Origin: Monosiga brevicollis MX1
Taxonomy: Eukaryota
DNA length: 64,000 nucleotides
Assembly: GCF_000002865.3 (NCBI RefSeq)
Contig: NW_001865085.1
Coordinates: 6,256-70,255, forward strand
Direction: 5' to 3'
Numbering within the stretch: the first letter of the stretch is position 1; each line of letters opens with the position of its first letter. The notes under the pieces were generated by a model. That model made no database searches, was not told the origin of the DNA, and was given only the letters and a program-made list of their open reading frames with translations. Made by a program: the position numbers and the translations under genes. This document shows, one piece after another, positions 54,385 through 64,000 of the stretch.

Positions 54385-57300
54385 TTACAACGCGGTGTCT
54401 TCAAAGGCTCCAGAGGCCGACAAATGCTCGATCCACTGTGTCACATCGGTGGCCGCAGCATCCAAAGCCATCGAGTCGACTGGATACTCCTCGCGTTCAT
54501 TCATCGGCGCTACCTCGCCGTAGAGCGGCTCCGCCGACTCTTGCAGTTCCACGTTGGCATAAACGACATCGGACGCGCGCGGCTGGTCGTAGACGGTGGA
54601 GCTTTCGGTTCCCTGAGCGGCCGGCTCACCATGTGGGTTGGAAACCCTCAAATGGTCCCGATCGTTTCCAACCATGCTGGCCGATGTGATGGCTATTGGT
54701 GCATGGTCCTCATACGCCGGTAGCGTCTCGCGAACACCCGAACCGGGGCTCGCAGCTTTGGCGTGGTCGTGGGTAGAAGCATAGTGCATGGTGGTGACAA
54801 ACTCGGCAATGGGTTTGTCCTCGGGTGCGCGGACAAGATCATGTCGGCGGAGTCGTCCAGCAATCCAAGCAACATAAGCTAGTGCCTCGCATGACAATCG
54901 GAGCTGAACCGGTGCCTGCAGCATGGCCCGTCGTTGCTCCAGCAGTCGAATCAAGACCCGCGCCGGATCCACACGTCCCGTATCCAAACCCATACTGACG
55001 CAAACAAGGGTGTGCAGCAGGATGCCCGATAGCCCGGCCCCGACATCATCGTGCACAAGCAGTGGCCCTGCGCCGCTGGCATCCCGCTGTAGCTCGCAAC
55101 TGAGCGCAAAGCGCGCCAACGTGGGTGCTAATACTTTAGCCGGCTCGCAGTTCAGGAGCTGTAGCTGGTGTACAACATGGTTCCTCCCGTCCGCGTGCGC
55201 CACGCGAAACGCTCGAGTGCACCACGCATCTGGCTCCTTGATGTCTTGCGATAGGAGCGTGACTGTGTACCCCTCGCCCAGCAGCATCGGTTTGTGAAGC
55301 CGCTCCGGCCAATACTGGTTGCGGGCATCCTCCATCATGGTGGCCACAACCGCCACTCGGTGCCGCAGCACCGCGCACCAGAAAGAACGGATGGTGGCCG
55401 GCATGGGTGTCTGCGCACAAATGTATTGCTCCTCATCCTGATAGCCTGCCACCCAGTTGGCATTGATGTACGCCACACCATGTTCTGGCTCTGCTACCAC
55501 CAAATTATGATCGTAGGGTAGCACATCGGCATAGCGATTACGACTGGCCAACGCCGGGGCTGAGGCCACTGTGACCCTTGCGTCGGCTGCCAAATCCTCA
55601 GCTTGCCTGAACATGGCAGTCATGCCCTTGGCCGAATCTTCGCAAAGTCGTTCTACCTCCTTCTGCACGTCGGCAAATGTCCATAGCGTGCCCATCGCAA
55701 AGCCATCGGTTGCCTCCAAATTGGCCAGGTCCAAAACGTACGGAGCTGCCGCCGGTGATAAGGGATTGACCACGGGCTCCGGTTCGGGTACCGCGGGTGC
55801 CGCGAAGGTGGTGAGGGTAAGATGATGGGACCGCGGATTGCCATCTAATGACTGCAAGCGAAGATCGCGCCTCATGCCAGTGGACATGACACGTAGTCGC
55901 TCCGCGGCTGCCTCACCGCCCTTCACGGAAATTGCTGATGCCTCGTTGACCGGGGATGTGGACCTGGTCGACTCCAAAGACGCCGGCGGGCCATCTTGCA
56001 AAGGCGTCGGTAACATGGCTGCCGGCTCACCGAACGCTAGTTCACCGCGAGAATGTTCCGCACGCATGTCCACTCGTGTTTCCGTGAGCGTCACGTCCGT
56101 CGCTGTTGAATTGTACAGGTCCTGCTGCTGCAGAAACAACGCGTTTGGATGCCGGAGACCGAACGAGTCTGCGGGGCGATCCAGGGTCGACATCTGCAGA
56201 TCACCCAGGCCGTCGTGGCCCGGCTTGACGCTGACACTATCCCGGCGACGCCGCAGCAGCATGAACACGAGCAAGAGAATAAGAAAGAGCAAAAGCAACG
56301 GTACAGCAATGATGGCGATCAGCTCAGCACTGGACAGAGCGCTGTCCGACGAGCTACTGCCAAGCTGGTCACCCGCCACAGTCGTTGTCGTCGCCAAAGG
56401 CTGGGGCTCATACATGATGACAACGCCATTGGTGGACCCCGCTGCCGTGCGAGCCCGTACAAAGCACGAAAAGGCGTAGTTGGGACTGAGCGCATCCACA
56501 ACAACCTCCAGACTTGATCCGTTGTACACGATCACACGTCCAGCCAATGGCGTAATCTCGGAAGCTGCAGCACGGCGATTCAGACTGCCATCCTCCGCAG
56601 TCGTCGTCTCAAATCGCTCTGTCGCCTGCAACACGAGTTCGTACATTGTAATGACACCATTGCTGGGAGTGGGACGGCCCCACGCAAAACGTGCGGCCGT
56701 TTGGTTCAATTGCTGCGCAAGCAGAGAGCGCACCGGCGCCGGCGCGCTCTCGGGTGTTTCGACAGTGTACCACGCAGACACAAAGGCATCACCCAACAAA
56801 ACTCTGTACTCGTAGCGAGTTGCAGCTCGCACATCGGTGTCAACGTATGTGTGAGCCTGCCCGGCAAATACCGTCACAATGCTCGTGTTGCACGAGCGCG
56901 TTGCAGGGTAGTCCAGACCGCAGCTGACGGCCGCACGCCGCTGCACCTGGGCTCCAGCGGTGATACCCAAAGAATCAAAAGCAACTTCCCAATCCAGGGC
57001 CACCATGGTCGCGCCGAGAGCTCGCAGCAAGGGGCGCACATGGACATGCACCACACCTGCTGCGCTTCGTGCAGGAACGCCTTGGTCATGTACCAAGTAG
57101 GTCATCTCTGCTCGGTCGTTCACCAAGTCCTCGAGGGGACCACCCGTGTAGTACAGGCTGCCGGAGGTATCCAGTGTGAAGTGAGATGATGACGACGAGT
57201 TGAGGACAAACCGCAAAGCCGCGTTCAATCCAGCATCGGCATCCTGGGCCGTGAGCTTCAAAACAAGGTCATTCGGCTGCAGCACGTTGCTCACGTCCAC

Positions 57301-60300
57301 TTCAGCAAACGGCGTCGTGACAACGGGGGCGTGATCATTCACGTCCTTGATCCTCACTGTGACGGTCACTTCTGTGGCCAGCGGGGGAACACCCTGATCA
57401 ACCGCGCGCACTCGCAGCATGTATTCCGCCTCAGCCTCGCGATCAAAGCGTGATGTTGTTGATCGGATCAGCCCAGAATTTGCATCAATGGAGAAGAGTC
57501 CGGCCGCGTTGGCGACTAGGCTAAAACGGATGGTAGATGCTGGTGTAGCTGGCGCATCAGCGTCCGTCGCAGCAACCTGAACGCATTCGATGGGTCCCAG
57601 GTCGAGCACCAGACTGGGATTGCCAGCCACCTCAGAAATGCCGCAGCTATAACTCGTTTTCGTGAAAATGGGGACGTTGTCGTTCACGTCCGCAACTGTG
57701 ACGTACAGCAAGACGGATGAACTGAGGGATGGACTACCCCCGTCCGTCACGCTCAGCAAGAGCTCGTAGGCATTGAACGTCTCGTAATCCAAGCCGCCCG
57801 GACCCAAGCTGACTTCTCCCGTGGTGGCATCGACCACAAATGGGTGCGCTCTACCTCTGGTTGTATTGGGGGCCAAGGCAAAAGACAAAGCGGCATTAAC
57901 ACCCGTGTCGGCATCAGTTGCCTGCACCACCGCACAGCGTGAGCCCACCAGCGCGTTTTCGGTCAAAGTACATTGGTAAAGGGCAGCCTGGGTCTGGGGA
58001 GCATTGTCGTTGACATCCTGCACGTATACCGTCACGCGAGCAAAGGTGCTGAGTGGGGACGTGCCCAAGTCTGAAACCTGCACGTCCAACGCATAGACAC
58101 TTTGGCGCTCGCGATCAAGTGCGCGTGCAACCGTCAAAGTGCCATTGGCCCCCATCCTGAAGCGGCCTCCGAAATCATCCACCAGAGCAAATGTGAGACG
58201 CCCATTGTCCCCTGCGTCCGCGTCTTGCGCCACAAGGGACACACAGGCACTCTCAGTGGCCGTGTTTTCGGGCAGCTGGCACGCGTATCCGGCACTGGGA
58301 CGGTTTATAAGCTCTGGTACGTTGTCATTCTCGTCTGTCACGGTCACATCGTAGGTGGCATTGGCGCACAACACTGGCAGCCCGCCGTCGCAGGCCTCCA
58401 CAGTCACGGCAAGCCGGTCCAGCGCCTCACGATCCAAGAGGGAACGCAGAATCAACTGGCCTGTGCGCGCATCAACACGAAAGTGGTCTGCAGTGGCCGC
58501 CGCGAGGCGATACGAAATGTTGCTGTGCGCTGTGCCGGGCGCGTCGGAATCCGTGACTCTTACCACTGCGCACCTGGTGCCGAGAGCGGCACTCTCCGAC
58601 AACACGCACACCGGGTTTGGCGAAGCAAAAACGGGCGCGTTGTCATTCACATCTATGACATTAACTGCGACCGACGCGCGACCGCTGAGTCGCGGCTGGC
58701 CATGGTCCGTAGCCACCAGCGTCAAGGTCAGGAAGGCTTCGGTCTCAAAGTCGAGCAAGCGCTGCAAGGTCAAAACACCCGTTTCGTTATCCACGGAGAA
58801 CATGGTGGCACTTTCGCCCTCCAAGCTGAAGGTAAGCTGACTGGCTGGGCTACCCGCCAAGTCGCCGTCCTCAAACAACGGTGTGGGGAGGACACAGCTC
58901 GTGCCCAACAAAGCATCTTCTCGCATTGAACAACTCAGGTTTGTTCGCAGGGGGGCTGGTGCCAGGTCATTGACGTCTAGCACGGTGACCGTGACACGTG
59001 TAGTGGTTGCCAGCTGCGGCGATCCTGCGTCTCGAGCTTCGACCTCAAGCACGTAGCTATCTCGCGTCTCACGATCCAGAGTGCCGCTCAAGCGCACCTC
59101 ACCCGAGCTGGCATTGACGGTAAACGTATCGCCGAAAGAGGTAACCAGGCTGTATGATACGCGTGCCTCAGGCATCGCGTCTGCGTCGACCGCTCGAACG
59201 GCGGTGCACAGCGCGCCCACATCAGCATCCTCCTGCAGTTGGCACGAGTATGCAATGTCATCAAATACGGGTGCATTATCGTTACGATCCACGACGCGCA
59301 AGGTCACTGGAACAATCGTGTGCAAGCCAAAGCCATCGGACACGTTGACAATCGCATCGAGGGTGGCATCAATCTCGCGGTCGATCCTAGTACCCGTCGT
59401 TCGCAAGACGCCCGTCAGCGCGTCAACGGCCAACATTGGGCGCCCCTGGCCATCACGCGGCTCTTCTACCAAGGCAAAGGCGAGTTGTCCTGCAGGCCCT
59501 GCCGCATCGTCTGCGTCTTGGCAGTTTGACAATATCGCACAGGTGAGGTTGGCTTCGTGCTCAGCTACCGCACAGCTATATGGTTGCTCCACGCAAAGGG
59601 GGGCGTTGTCATTGCGGTCCCGCAGGCGCACCGTCAGCACGGCCCGCGCACTCGGTGCATCTGAGTTGCTGACATTACGCGGGTTGCTCGCAATAACAGT
59701 CAGGTTATACGTCGCTTGTGCTTCGCGATCCAGTTGTTTCATGCCTGCGTCATTGCCACCCTGGGTTTGACGCGTAGTGTTCGTGTAAACGATGCCCGAG
59801 TCGGGCTCGATCCAAAAAAGCCCGTCAAATGTCGAGTCGAGAGAGTACTCAATCACCGCATGCCATCCCACGTCATCATCGGTTGCAGCAACGGCGGGAC
59901 AAGCTTGCTGTTGTCCAACAGGCTCCCGCCCGTTTGCCTCCCAGAGAGAACACGATGGCACGGCTGAAAACTTTGGACCGTTATCATTGGCATCGTCCAC
60001 GGTCAAGATCAGGGTGGCATATGCCCAGCGGGTCGGCATGCCCAAATCATGAACGCTCACGTTGAGCGTGTACTCGGCCTGCGTCTCACGGTCAAGCGTC
60101 CGTGTCAAACGAACTTTGCCTGACTCGGCATCCACAACAGCACCAGCAGCGCTAGAGGCAGCGTCCGAGACAAGCCCGTAGCGCAGCGCATTGTCAGGTG
60201 CGTTGGCATCGGCATCTGTTGCCGAGAGGCTTGCGCAGGAGGCGTTGACCTCGTTTTCCGTCACTGTGCAATCAAACACGTGGCGTGTAAATTCCGGCGC

Positions 60301-63300
60301 ATTATCATTCACGGGCGTTATCGTAACGAACAACAGAGCGGTGCTTGATAAGGCTGGAACGCCGGCGTCTGTCACTGTCACGCTCACCGCCACGCGATTG
60401 GTGGTTTCAAAGTCCAGCACGGCTCCCGATTGTAGTGTGATGAAACCCATCGTGTCGGTTGCAAAGCGAGTATCATTGACCAGCCACGTGAGACGCGCAT
60501 TCTCCCCCACGTCCAAATCAGTGGCCTCCACCTGCACGCAGCTTTGAACTGGCAGGCTTCCGCCAGTGCCATCCGTTTCGGCCAGGGCGCAGGAGAATGG
60601 GCCCGATGCAAGTATGGGCGCGTTGTCGTTCACATCTTCGACGAGCACCTGTAGGGCGTGGTCTGTCCAACGCGGCGGCGACCCATGGTCGCGGGCCCGC
60701 ACGACCAATTCGTAGGCATCGCGTGCTTCACGGTCCAATGGCGATGCCACAAACAGCTGACCGGTTTGCGCATCGAGAGTAAAGCTCTCTGCTCCATTGC
60801 CTGGCAGCAGACTGTAGTGCAGCAAAGCGTTGGATCCCAGGTCGGCATCAGTCGCGACCACCTGGAAAACGGGGGTTGGCCCGACGGTGGCCGCCTCCGA
60901 CACATGGACGCTGGGGCTTGATGTAAAAACTGGTGCGTGCGTGTTGGAGTCTAGGATGGAAATAAGAAGGTTGGTTAGGCTGGAGCGTGGGGGTGAGCCG
61001 CGGTCCGTGGCCGTTACGTTCAGACGATAAACAGCTCGCTCGTCGCGGTTGAGCACGCCCGTTGCCGCAACAGTGACGGCACCCAGGCGGTCAATGGTAA
61101 AGTCGGTTGCACCGGTCCCGGTGAGCGTGTAATCGATGGCAGCTCGCGGGGTACCGGGCTCGTCGCCATCCGAGGCGTTGACCAGCACGCAGAGCGTATT
61201 GGCCGTGGCATTCTCAAAGACACTGCAGATATAGCTAGGCTGCCCGAAAGCGGGAGCCAAGTCATTGACATCCTCGACGACCAGCGACACGGCCGTGCGG
61301 TTGATCTGGTGCACGCCATCGGTAACAGCAACATCGAAGGTGGTGACTGGGGTCGATTCAAAGTCATAGGATGCGGTAGTAGCAAGCGAGCCATTGGGCG
61401 CCACGCTGACTCCGCTCAGCGCAACAAAGGTCAGAGCATCTCCATCAGCATCGCTGGCGACCAACGTGCACGGAAGCCACGTGTGTACCGGTCGATTCTC
61501 CTGCACCGTACAGGCGCCCACGAGCGTCAATACGGGGGCATTATCGTTCTCGTTCACCACTTCAATCTCAATGGTCACGTTGCTGCGTTGTGCCGGCACA
61601 CCACCGTCGGTGGCTGTCAGGACTAGACGTAAGCGGTGGATGGCTTCGTAGTCAAGCACTGTCTGCAGACGAAGGTCACCAGTGACAACATCAACTGCGA
61701 CCAGGCTTTCCCCATTCGCGAGAGCCCAGCGTCCCGTGGTTGCGGAGAGCACCTCAGTGGTCACCGAGAACCGCACGCGCGAATTGGCCGAGCCAGCAGC
61801 ATCGGCATCGGTTGCCATGACTTGCAGAGCGATTGGCGCGGCCAGTGCGTTGTTTTCCGACACCAGCAAGCTCGTAGAGTTGACGACGAGAACGGGCGCG
61901 TTATCATTCAGATCCAACACCTGCACACGCACCGGTACAGTGCTGTACAAAGGCGGTGTACCGGCATCCGTTGCGCGCACAGTGAACTCGAAGCTCTGTT
62001 GCGTCTCGTAATCAAGGCTTGCATTCACGCGCAGTCGACCCGTGGTGGCATCAATGGAAAAAGCTGTCAAGTTGTCGGGCAGCAAGCTGTATGACACGGT
62101 GCCATTGGCGCCCGCGTCAGGATCAAACGCCACCAGCTGCTCGATGGTTTCTCCAATCGCCTCATTCTCGGGCACAGCCACGTCGTAGAAGGACGCTTCA
62201 AAGCTAGGGATACGATCGTTTATATCCAAGACTTCGATCTGAATGGTTGAGGTGCTCGATAGAATCTTGCCATCAGTCGAGGGCACCGTGTTTTGGGCGG
62301 TCACAACCAAGGTATGATTTGCTGTTGCCTCGCGATCTAGCCCTTGTGCCAGCAGCAGGCCTGTGCTTGCATTCAGGGCGAAGAGTTTGCTTGCGGGGCT
62401 CGCCGTCAGGCTGAAGGTGGTCGCCTGGAATGCCGGAGAGACATCGGCGTCGGTGGCGACCACGTACCCAACGGGCTGCCAGTCAGTGCCCCCGCGCTCA
62501 AGGATTTGCCACGCGTACTCTTGTTGAGTAAAGATGGGGCTTGCATCGTTCGCATCTTGGATCAGAATGGTCAGCATGACATCCACATAACTGGTGGATA
62601 GGCTTAGCTCTGTGGCGCGCACGAGAAGTTGCACCACGTTGGGCCCAAGCTCAAAATCCAAAGCAGCGCGGATGAAAATGCGCCCACTCTCGGGATCAAT
62701 CGCAAAGCGAGGGTCTGTGCTATTGCGGAGGCTAAAGCGTAGTGTGCCCGCTGGGCCGACGTCAGCGTCAATCACGGGCACGGTGGTGACCGTGTCATTG
62801 ACGCTCAACGACTCCGAAACGTTGGCAGTGCTTGAAAACCCGGCAGCCAAGACCGGTGCATTATCGTTCACGTCCTTGACAAAAATTCGTACTTGCAGGG
62901 CTGGCCCAAACAGCAAGGTTCCATTCTGTGCCCGCTCTGCCGCCACAATCCAGAGGCCGAGATATTGTCCGGCCTCTGCATCCAGGGGCGCCAGAAGGTC
63001 CAACGAGCCGGACGTTGCATTGAGAGTGATGTTCTCCGTGCCTGGGGTGGCCTGAAGAATGGCGTACACAATCTCGCCTTTGCCATCCGGGTCATAAGCT
63101 TGCACCTGGCTCAGGTGTACGGGTGCAAGATTCTCCGATACGTTGACTTGAATCACGCTGGGCGCAAAGTAGGGGCGAACATCATTCAGATCCTCAATCT
63201 CAATATGGACCATGAGGCGTGACTCGTGGAATGGCGTTGCATTGTCTCGCGCTATGATTTCCAAGGTATAGCTCGAGACGTTAAGGCGCTCAAAGTCCAG

Positions 63301-64000
63301 ATCATCACGGACAACTAGCGTCGCCGTCGTCGCGGAGAATGCAAAGTGCTGAGCCGCCACATCCATGCCCTCGATTGCATACGTGATGCGACCTGCAGCA
63401 CCCGCATCGGGATCCACTGCGGTAGCGTTGATCAGCACCTGCCCCACAGCAACGGATTCGTTCAAGCGCAGGCTGACTGAGCCAAGGCCCCCAGCCGGCG
63501 CGTCAAGAAAGTGCAAAAACCGAGGGGCATTGTCGTTGACATCCTGGACAGTGATGACGACGCTCGTGGTGGTGATGCGCGGGGGGCTGGCCCCGTCTTG
63601 CGCCAGTACGGAGACGGAATATTGCGCGACACGTTCACGATCCAGGCCCCTGGTCGGCCGGAGCACCCCAGTCTCGTCGATGACCCAGTCAACGACAGTG
63701 TCGGGCTGTATCTTGTAGCTCACCCGTCCGTGGGGGCCTGGGTCCGCATCGGTCGCGGCGACGGCCAAGGCAACCTGCGTCGGATCGGCGGCCTCGTTCA
63801 CCTGAAAGTCGTAAAGAGATTGCGCAAAGACGGGCGCGAAATCATTTCGGCACCACAAGTACGGGGTTGTGGCCTCGCCGACGAGGGCGGGGTTGAAGCC
63901 GTTGACAAAGTGCGTCAAATTGATGCCAGCCGCAGCATCACGGAGGGGTAGGTTGATAGGGTTGGGAAACATGAGGGGGGAAGAGCGCAAGCCCACCCGC
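54385..64000 (-). CDS. Giant cadherin (5'-partial): ~21 cadherin repeats, FN3, TM, pseudo-PTP domain; lefftyrin-like C-terminal architecture
   Basis: Uninterrupted 3203-codon ORF with about 21 DxNDxxP-type linkers and LDRE/LDYE motifs, FN3 (WGRPTPSNGVITMYEL), TM IAIIAVPLLLLFLILLLVFMLL + RRRR, and PTP motifs NRYADVLPYD, YINANWV and YICAQTP. Confidence 0.95.
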   Translation of the reverse strand, partial: RVGLRSSPLMFPNPINLPLRDAAAGINLTHFVNGFNPALVGEATTPYLWCRNDFAPVFAQSLYDFQVNEAADPTQVALAVAATDADPGPHGRVSYKIQPDTVVDWVIDETGVLRPTRGLDRERVAQYSVSVLAQDGASPPRITTTSVVITVQDVNDNAPRFLHFLDAPAGGLGSVSLRLNESVAVGQVLINATAVDPDAGAAGRITYAIEGMDVAAQHFAFSATTATLVVRDDLDFERLNVSSYTLEIIARDNATPFHESRLMVHIEIEDLNDVRPYFAPSVIQVNVSENLAPVHLSQVQAYDPDGKGEIVYAILQATPGTENITLNATSGSLDLLAPLDAEAGQYLGLWIVAAERAQNGTLLFGPALQVRIFVKDVNDNAPVLAAGFSSTANVSESLSVNDTVTTVPVIDADVGPAGTLRFSLRNSTDPRFAIDPESGRIFIRAALDFELGPNVVQLLVRATELSLSTSYVDVMLTILIQDANDASPIFTQQEYAWQILERGGTDWQPVGYVVATDADVSPAFQATTFSLTASPASKLFALNASTGLLLAQGLDREATANHTLVVTAQNTVPSTDGKILSSTSTIQIEVLDINDRIPSFEASFYDVAVPENEAIGETIEQLVAFDPDAGANGTVSYSLLPDNLTAFSIDATTGRLRVNASLDYETQQSFEFTVRATDAGTPPLYSTVPVRVQVLDLNDNAPVLVVNSTSLLVSENNALAAPIALQVMATDADAAGSANSRVRFSVTTEVLSATTGRWALANGESLVAVDVVTGDLRLQTVLDYEAIHRLRLVLTATDGGVPAQRSNVTIEIEVVNENDNAPVLTLVGACTVQENRPVHTWLPCTLVASDADGDALTFVALSGVSVAPNGSLATTASYDFESTPVTTFDVAVTDGVHQINRTAVSLVVEDVNDLAPAFGQPSYICSVFENATANTLCVLVNASDGDEPGTPRAAIDYTLTGTGATDFTIDRLGAVTVAATGVLNRDERAVYRLNVTATDRGSPPRSSLTNLLISILDSNTHAPVFTSSPSVHVSEAATVGPTPVFQVVATDADLGSNALLHYSLLPGNGAESFTLDAQTGQLFVASPLDREARDAYELVVRARDHGSPPRWTDHALQVLVEDVNDNAPILASGPFSCALAETDGTGGSLPVQSCVQVEATDLDVGENARLTWLVNDTRFATDTMGFITLQSGAVLDFETTNRVAVSVTVTDAGVPALSSTALLFVTITPVNDNAPEFTRHVFDCTVTENEVNASCASLSATDADANAPDNALRYGLVSDAASSAAGAVVDAESGKVRLTRTLDRETQAEYTLNVSVHDLGMPTRWAYATLILTVDDANDNGPKFSAVPSCSLWEANGREPVGQQQACPAVAATDDDVGWHAVIEYSLDSTFDGLFWIEPDSGIVYTNTTRQTQGGNDAGMKQLDREAQATYNLTVIASNPRNVSNSDAPSARAVLTVRLRDRNDNAPLCVEQPYSCAVAEHEANLTCAILSNCQDADDAAGPAGQLAFALVEEPRDGQGRPMLAVDALTGVLRTTGTRIDREIDATLDAIVNVSDGFGLHTIVPVTLRVVDRNDNAPVFDDIAYSCQLQEDADVGALCTAVRAVDADAMPEARVSYSLVTSFGDTFTVNASSGEVRLSGTLDRETRDSYVLEVEARDAGSPQLATTTRVTVTVLDVNDLAPAPLRTNLSCSMREDALLGTSCVLPTPLFEDGDLAGSPASQLTFSLEGESATMFSVDNETGVLTLQRLLDFETEAFLTLTLVATDHGQPRLSGRASVAVNVIDVNDNAPVFASPNPVCVLSESAALGTRCAVVRVTDSDAPGTAHSNISYRLAAATADHFRVDARTGQLILRSLLDREALDRLAVTVEACDGGLPVLCANATYDVTVTDENDNVPELINRPSAGYACQLPENTATESACVSLVAQDADAGDNGRLTFALVDDFGGRFRMGANGTLTVARALDRERQSVYALDVQVSDLGTSPLSTFARVTVYVQDVNDNAPQTQAALYQCTLTENALVGSRCAVVQATDADTGVNAALSFALAPNTTRGRAHPFVVDATTGEVSLGPGGLDYETFNAYELLLSVTDGGSPSLSSSVLLYVTVADVNDNVPIFTKTSYSCGISEVAGNPSLVLDLGPIECVQVAATDADAPATPASTIRFSLVANAAGLFSIDANSGLIRSTTSRFDREAEAEYMLRVRAVDQGVPPLATEVTVTVRIKDVNDHAPVVTTPFAEVDVSNVLQPNDLVLKLTAQDADAGLNAALRFVLNSSSSSHFTLDTSGSLYYTGGPLEDLVNDRAEMTYLVHDQGVPARSAAGVVHVHVRPLLRALGATMVALDWEVAFDSLGITAGAQVQRRAAVSCGLDYPATRSCNTSIVTVFAGQAHTYVDTDVRAATRYEYRVLLGDAFVSAWYTVETPESAPAPVRSLLAQQLNQTAARFAWGRPTPSNGVITMYELVLQATERFETTTAEDGSLNRRAAASEITPLAGRVIVYNGSSLEVVVDALSPNYAFSCFVRARTAAGSTNGVVIMYEPQPLATTTTVAGDQLGSSSSDSALSSAELIAIIAVPLLLLFLILLLVFMLLRRRRDSVSVKPGHDGLGDLQMSTLDRPADSFGLRHPNALFLQQQDLYNSTATDVTLTETRVDMRAEHSRGELAFGEPAAMLPTPLQDGPPASLESTRSTSPVNEASAISVKGGEAAAERLRVMSTGMRRDLRLQSLDGNPRSHHLTLTTFAAPAVPEPEPVVNPLSPAAAPYVLDLANLEATDGFAMGTLWTFADVQKEVERLCEDSAKGMTAMFRQAEDLAADARVTVASAPALASRNRYADVLPYDHNLVVAEPEHGVAYINANWVAGYQDEEQYICAQTPMPATIRSFWCAVLRHRVAVVATMMEDARNQYWPERLHKPMLLGEGYTVTLLSQDIKEPDAWCTRAFRVAHADGRNHVVHQLQLLNCEPAKVLAPTLARFALSCELQRDASGAGPLLVHDDVGAGLSGILLHTLVCVSMGLDTGRVDPARVLIRLLEQRRAMLQAPVQLRLSCEALAYVAWIAGRLRRHDLVRAPEDKPIAEFVTTMHYASTHDHAKAASPGSGVRETLPAYEDHAPIAITSASMVGNDRDHLRVSNPHGEPAAQGTESSTVYDQPRASDVVYANVELQESAEPLYGEVAPMNEREEYPVDSMALDAAATDVTQWIEHLSASGAFEDTAL

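Overview
Eukaryotic, gene-dense DNA with many short GT-AG introns, abundant (CT)n/(GA)n microsatellites and one N gap. The gene content suggests a choanoflagellate, probably Monosiga-like (inference): a receptor tyrosine kinase, a giant cadherin-FN3-TM-PTP protein, a tubulin polyglutamylase and a histidine biosynthesis gene. About 18 protein genes can be supported: a 5'-partial RTK, PIG-B, cathepsin B, LYAR, TTLL1, histidinol-phosphate aminotransferase, an intronless bacterial-type zinc deaminase, an RBM24/38-like RRM protein, HGSNAT, a SPATA7-like protein, a hypothetical gene, a 2OG-Fe(II) oxygenase, INTS2, cullin-1, RPL7, a GHKL-ATPase/OAS fusion, a small Gly/Ala-rich ISG12-like ORF and a 5'-partial cadherin. 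The most striking observation is a five-exon gene (49334-51584) that fuses a prokaryote-type GHKL ATPase to an apparently catalytically intact 2'-5'-oligoadenylate-synthetase/CD-NTase domain. It is followed directly by an IFI6/IFI27-like small membrane protein, which makes the pair a candidate innate-immune signalling module. Also notable are a 780-nt RPL7 intron packed with long G-U-containing hairpins, a probable horizontally acquired deaminase, and a dead PTP domain with an SH2-docking tail on the cadherin. All family calls come from motif recognition by eye, and no database searches were run.
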